Positions 14,125 to 14,678 of a stretch of DNA of 14,678 nt are shown one piece after another. This DNA comes from a virus (lineage: Duplodnaviria > Heunggongvirae > Uroviricota > Caudoviricetes). The stretch is taken from positions 1 to 14,678 of IMG/VR virus record IMGVR_UViG_3300020059_000001. One strand, written 5' to 3'. The translations under genes were made by a program, and so were the position numbers. The stretch's first letter is position 1, and every line of letters begins with the position of its first letter. A model generated the notes under the pieces. It was given only the letters and a program-made list of their open reading frames with translations. It did no database searches and had not been told where the DNA came from.

Positions 14125-14199
14125 TAGCGGGAATGGGACTTGAACCCATGCATGACCCGGATTATGAGCCCGGCGACCTACCAACTGGTCTATCCCGCA
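14125..14199 (-). tRNA. tRNA-Met(CAT), divergent initiator (fMet) type; CCA not encoded
   Basis: Cloverleaf read by hand: acceptor TGCGGGA/TCCCGCT (1:72 mismatch), D stem GACC/GGTC, anticodon stem CCGGG/TCCGG with loop CTCATAA, T arm ATGGG-TTCAAGT-CCCAT. Confidence 0.92.
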
Positions 14200-14203
14200 T
14201 CGA

Positions 14204-14253
14204 GTTGCCGGCGCTATACAAGCGGTGCGCTTAGACTTGGTCGCGCCGGCAAC
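14204..14253. repeat. 11-bp perfect inverted repeat immediately 5' of the tRNA
   Basis: GTTGCCGGCGC (14204-14214) / GCGCCGGCAAC (14243-14253). Confidence 0.6.
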
Positions 14254-14294
14254 CGTTGTCGATCGTAACAAGATCACGTACGTAGTGCTAGGCC

Positions 14295-14678
14295 CTACGC
14301 CTCATCCACAATCTCCTGACGCAAGTCTTCCATGGTCGTCAGGGGGTTACGGATCATGCCGACGAGGTTCGCCAGCCGGTCGGCGCAGTCGTTGAGTTGA
14401 CGTTCGATCCGGGCCGCCTCGTTATTGATCGCCATCAATGCTCGGCGGGTTTCGGACGCCTCCCGCCGAACCTCGGCGCACTCCCGCCGGGCCTCGGTCG
14501 CCTCAGCACGGGCGTCGGCAGCATCATCCTTGACCGCAGCGATCAAGGTCAAAGCGGTGTCGGTATAGGTACGGGTAGCGTCAGCCTTAGTGGTGCGCCG
14601 CGACGACATGGCGGACACGAGTGTCCCGAGACCGGTGCCACCCAGTAGGGCAGCCAGCACGGTGACCAGGACCGTAAC
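14295..14678 (-). CDS. Membrane-anchored coiled-coil protein, 5'-truncated by the window; resembles actinophage lysis-cassette membrane proteins
   Basis: The frame stays open to the window end (VTVLVTVLAALLGGTGLG...); TM helix then a long A/E/R heptad region. Confidence 0.8.
   Translation of the reverse strand, partial: VTVLVTVLAALLGGTGLGTLVSAMSSRRTTKADATRTYTDTALTLIAAVKDDAADARAEATEARRECAEVRREASETRRALMAINNEAARIERQLNDCADRLANLVGMIRNPLTTMEDLRQEIVDEA

Noticed and set aside
14125-14199. tRNA as an attL/attR integration junction
   Set aside because: No integrase or duplicated tRNA 3' end in the window, and both flanks look phage-like; cannot be fully excluded.

Overview
High-GC actinobacterial mobile DNA, most consistent with the accessory (early) arm of an actinobacteriophage or prophage; this is inferred, as no capsid, terminase or integrase gene is in the window. 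Bases 1-~940 are non-coding and rich in palindromes and short repeats. From 1100 to 14074 about 30 mostly small genes lie on the + strand, many coupled by ATGA-type overlaps. Recognisable products are an amidoligase + class II glutamine amidotransferase pair, a frameshifted DUF7178-like gene, a DUF932/TIGR03299 protein, several HTH proteins, an FAD-dependent monooxygenase and a DUF6197-like protein. This arm converges on a minus-strand divergent initiator-type tRNA-Met and a truncated membrane/coiled-coil gene like those in actinophage lysis cassettes. The strongest unexplained signal is non-coding. Nearly every gene from 1100 to 7684 is preceded by a long imperfect hairpin whose non-Watson-Crick pairs are G-U on the + strand. 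From 2807 onward these are followed by small hairpins displaying UCAGCC in the loop. All of this was read by eye, with no database searches or folding programs run.
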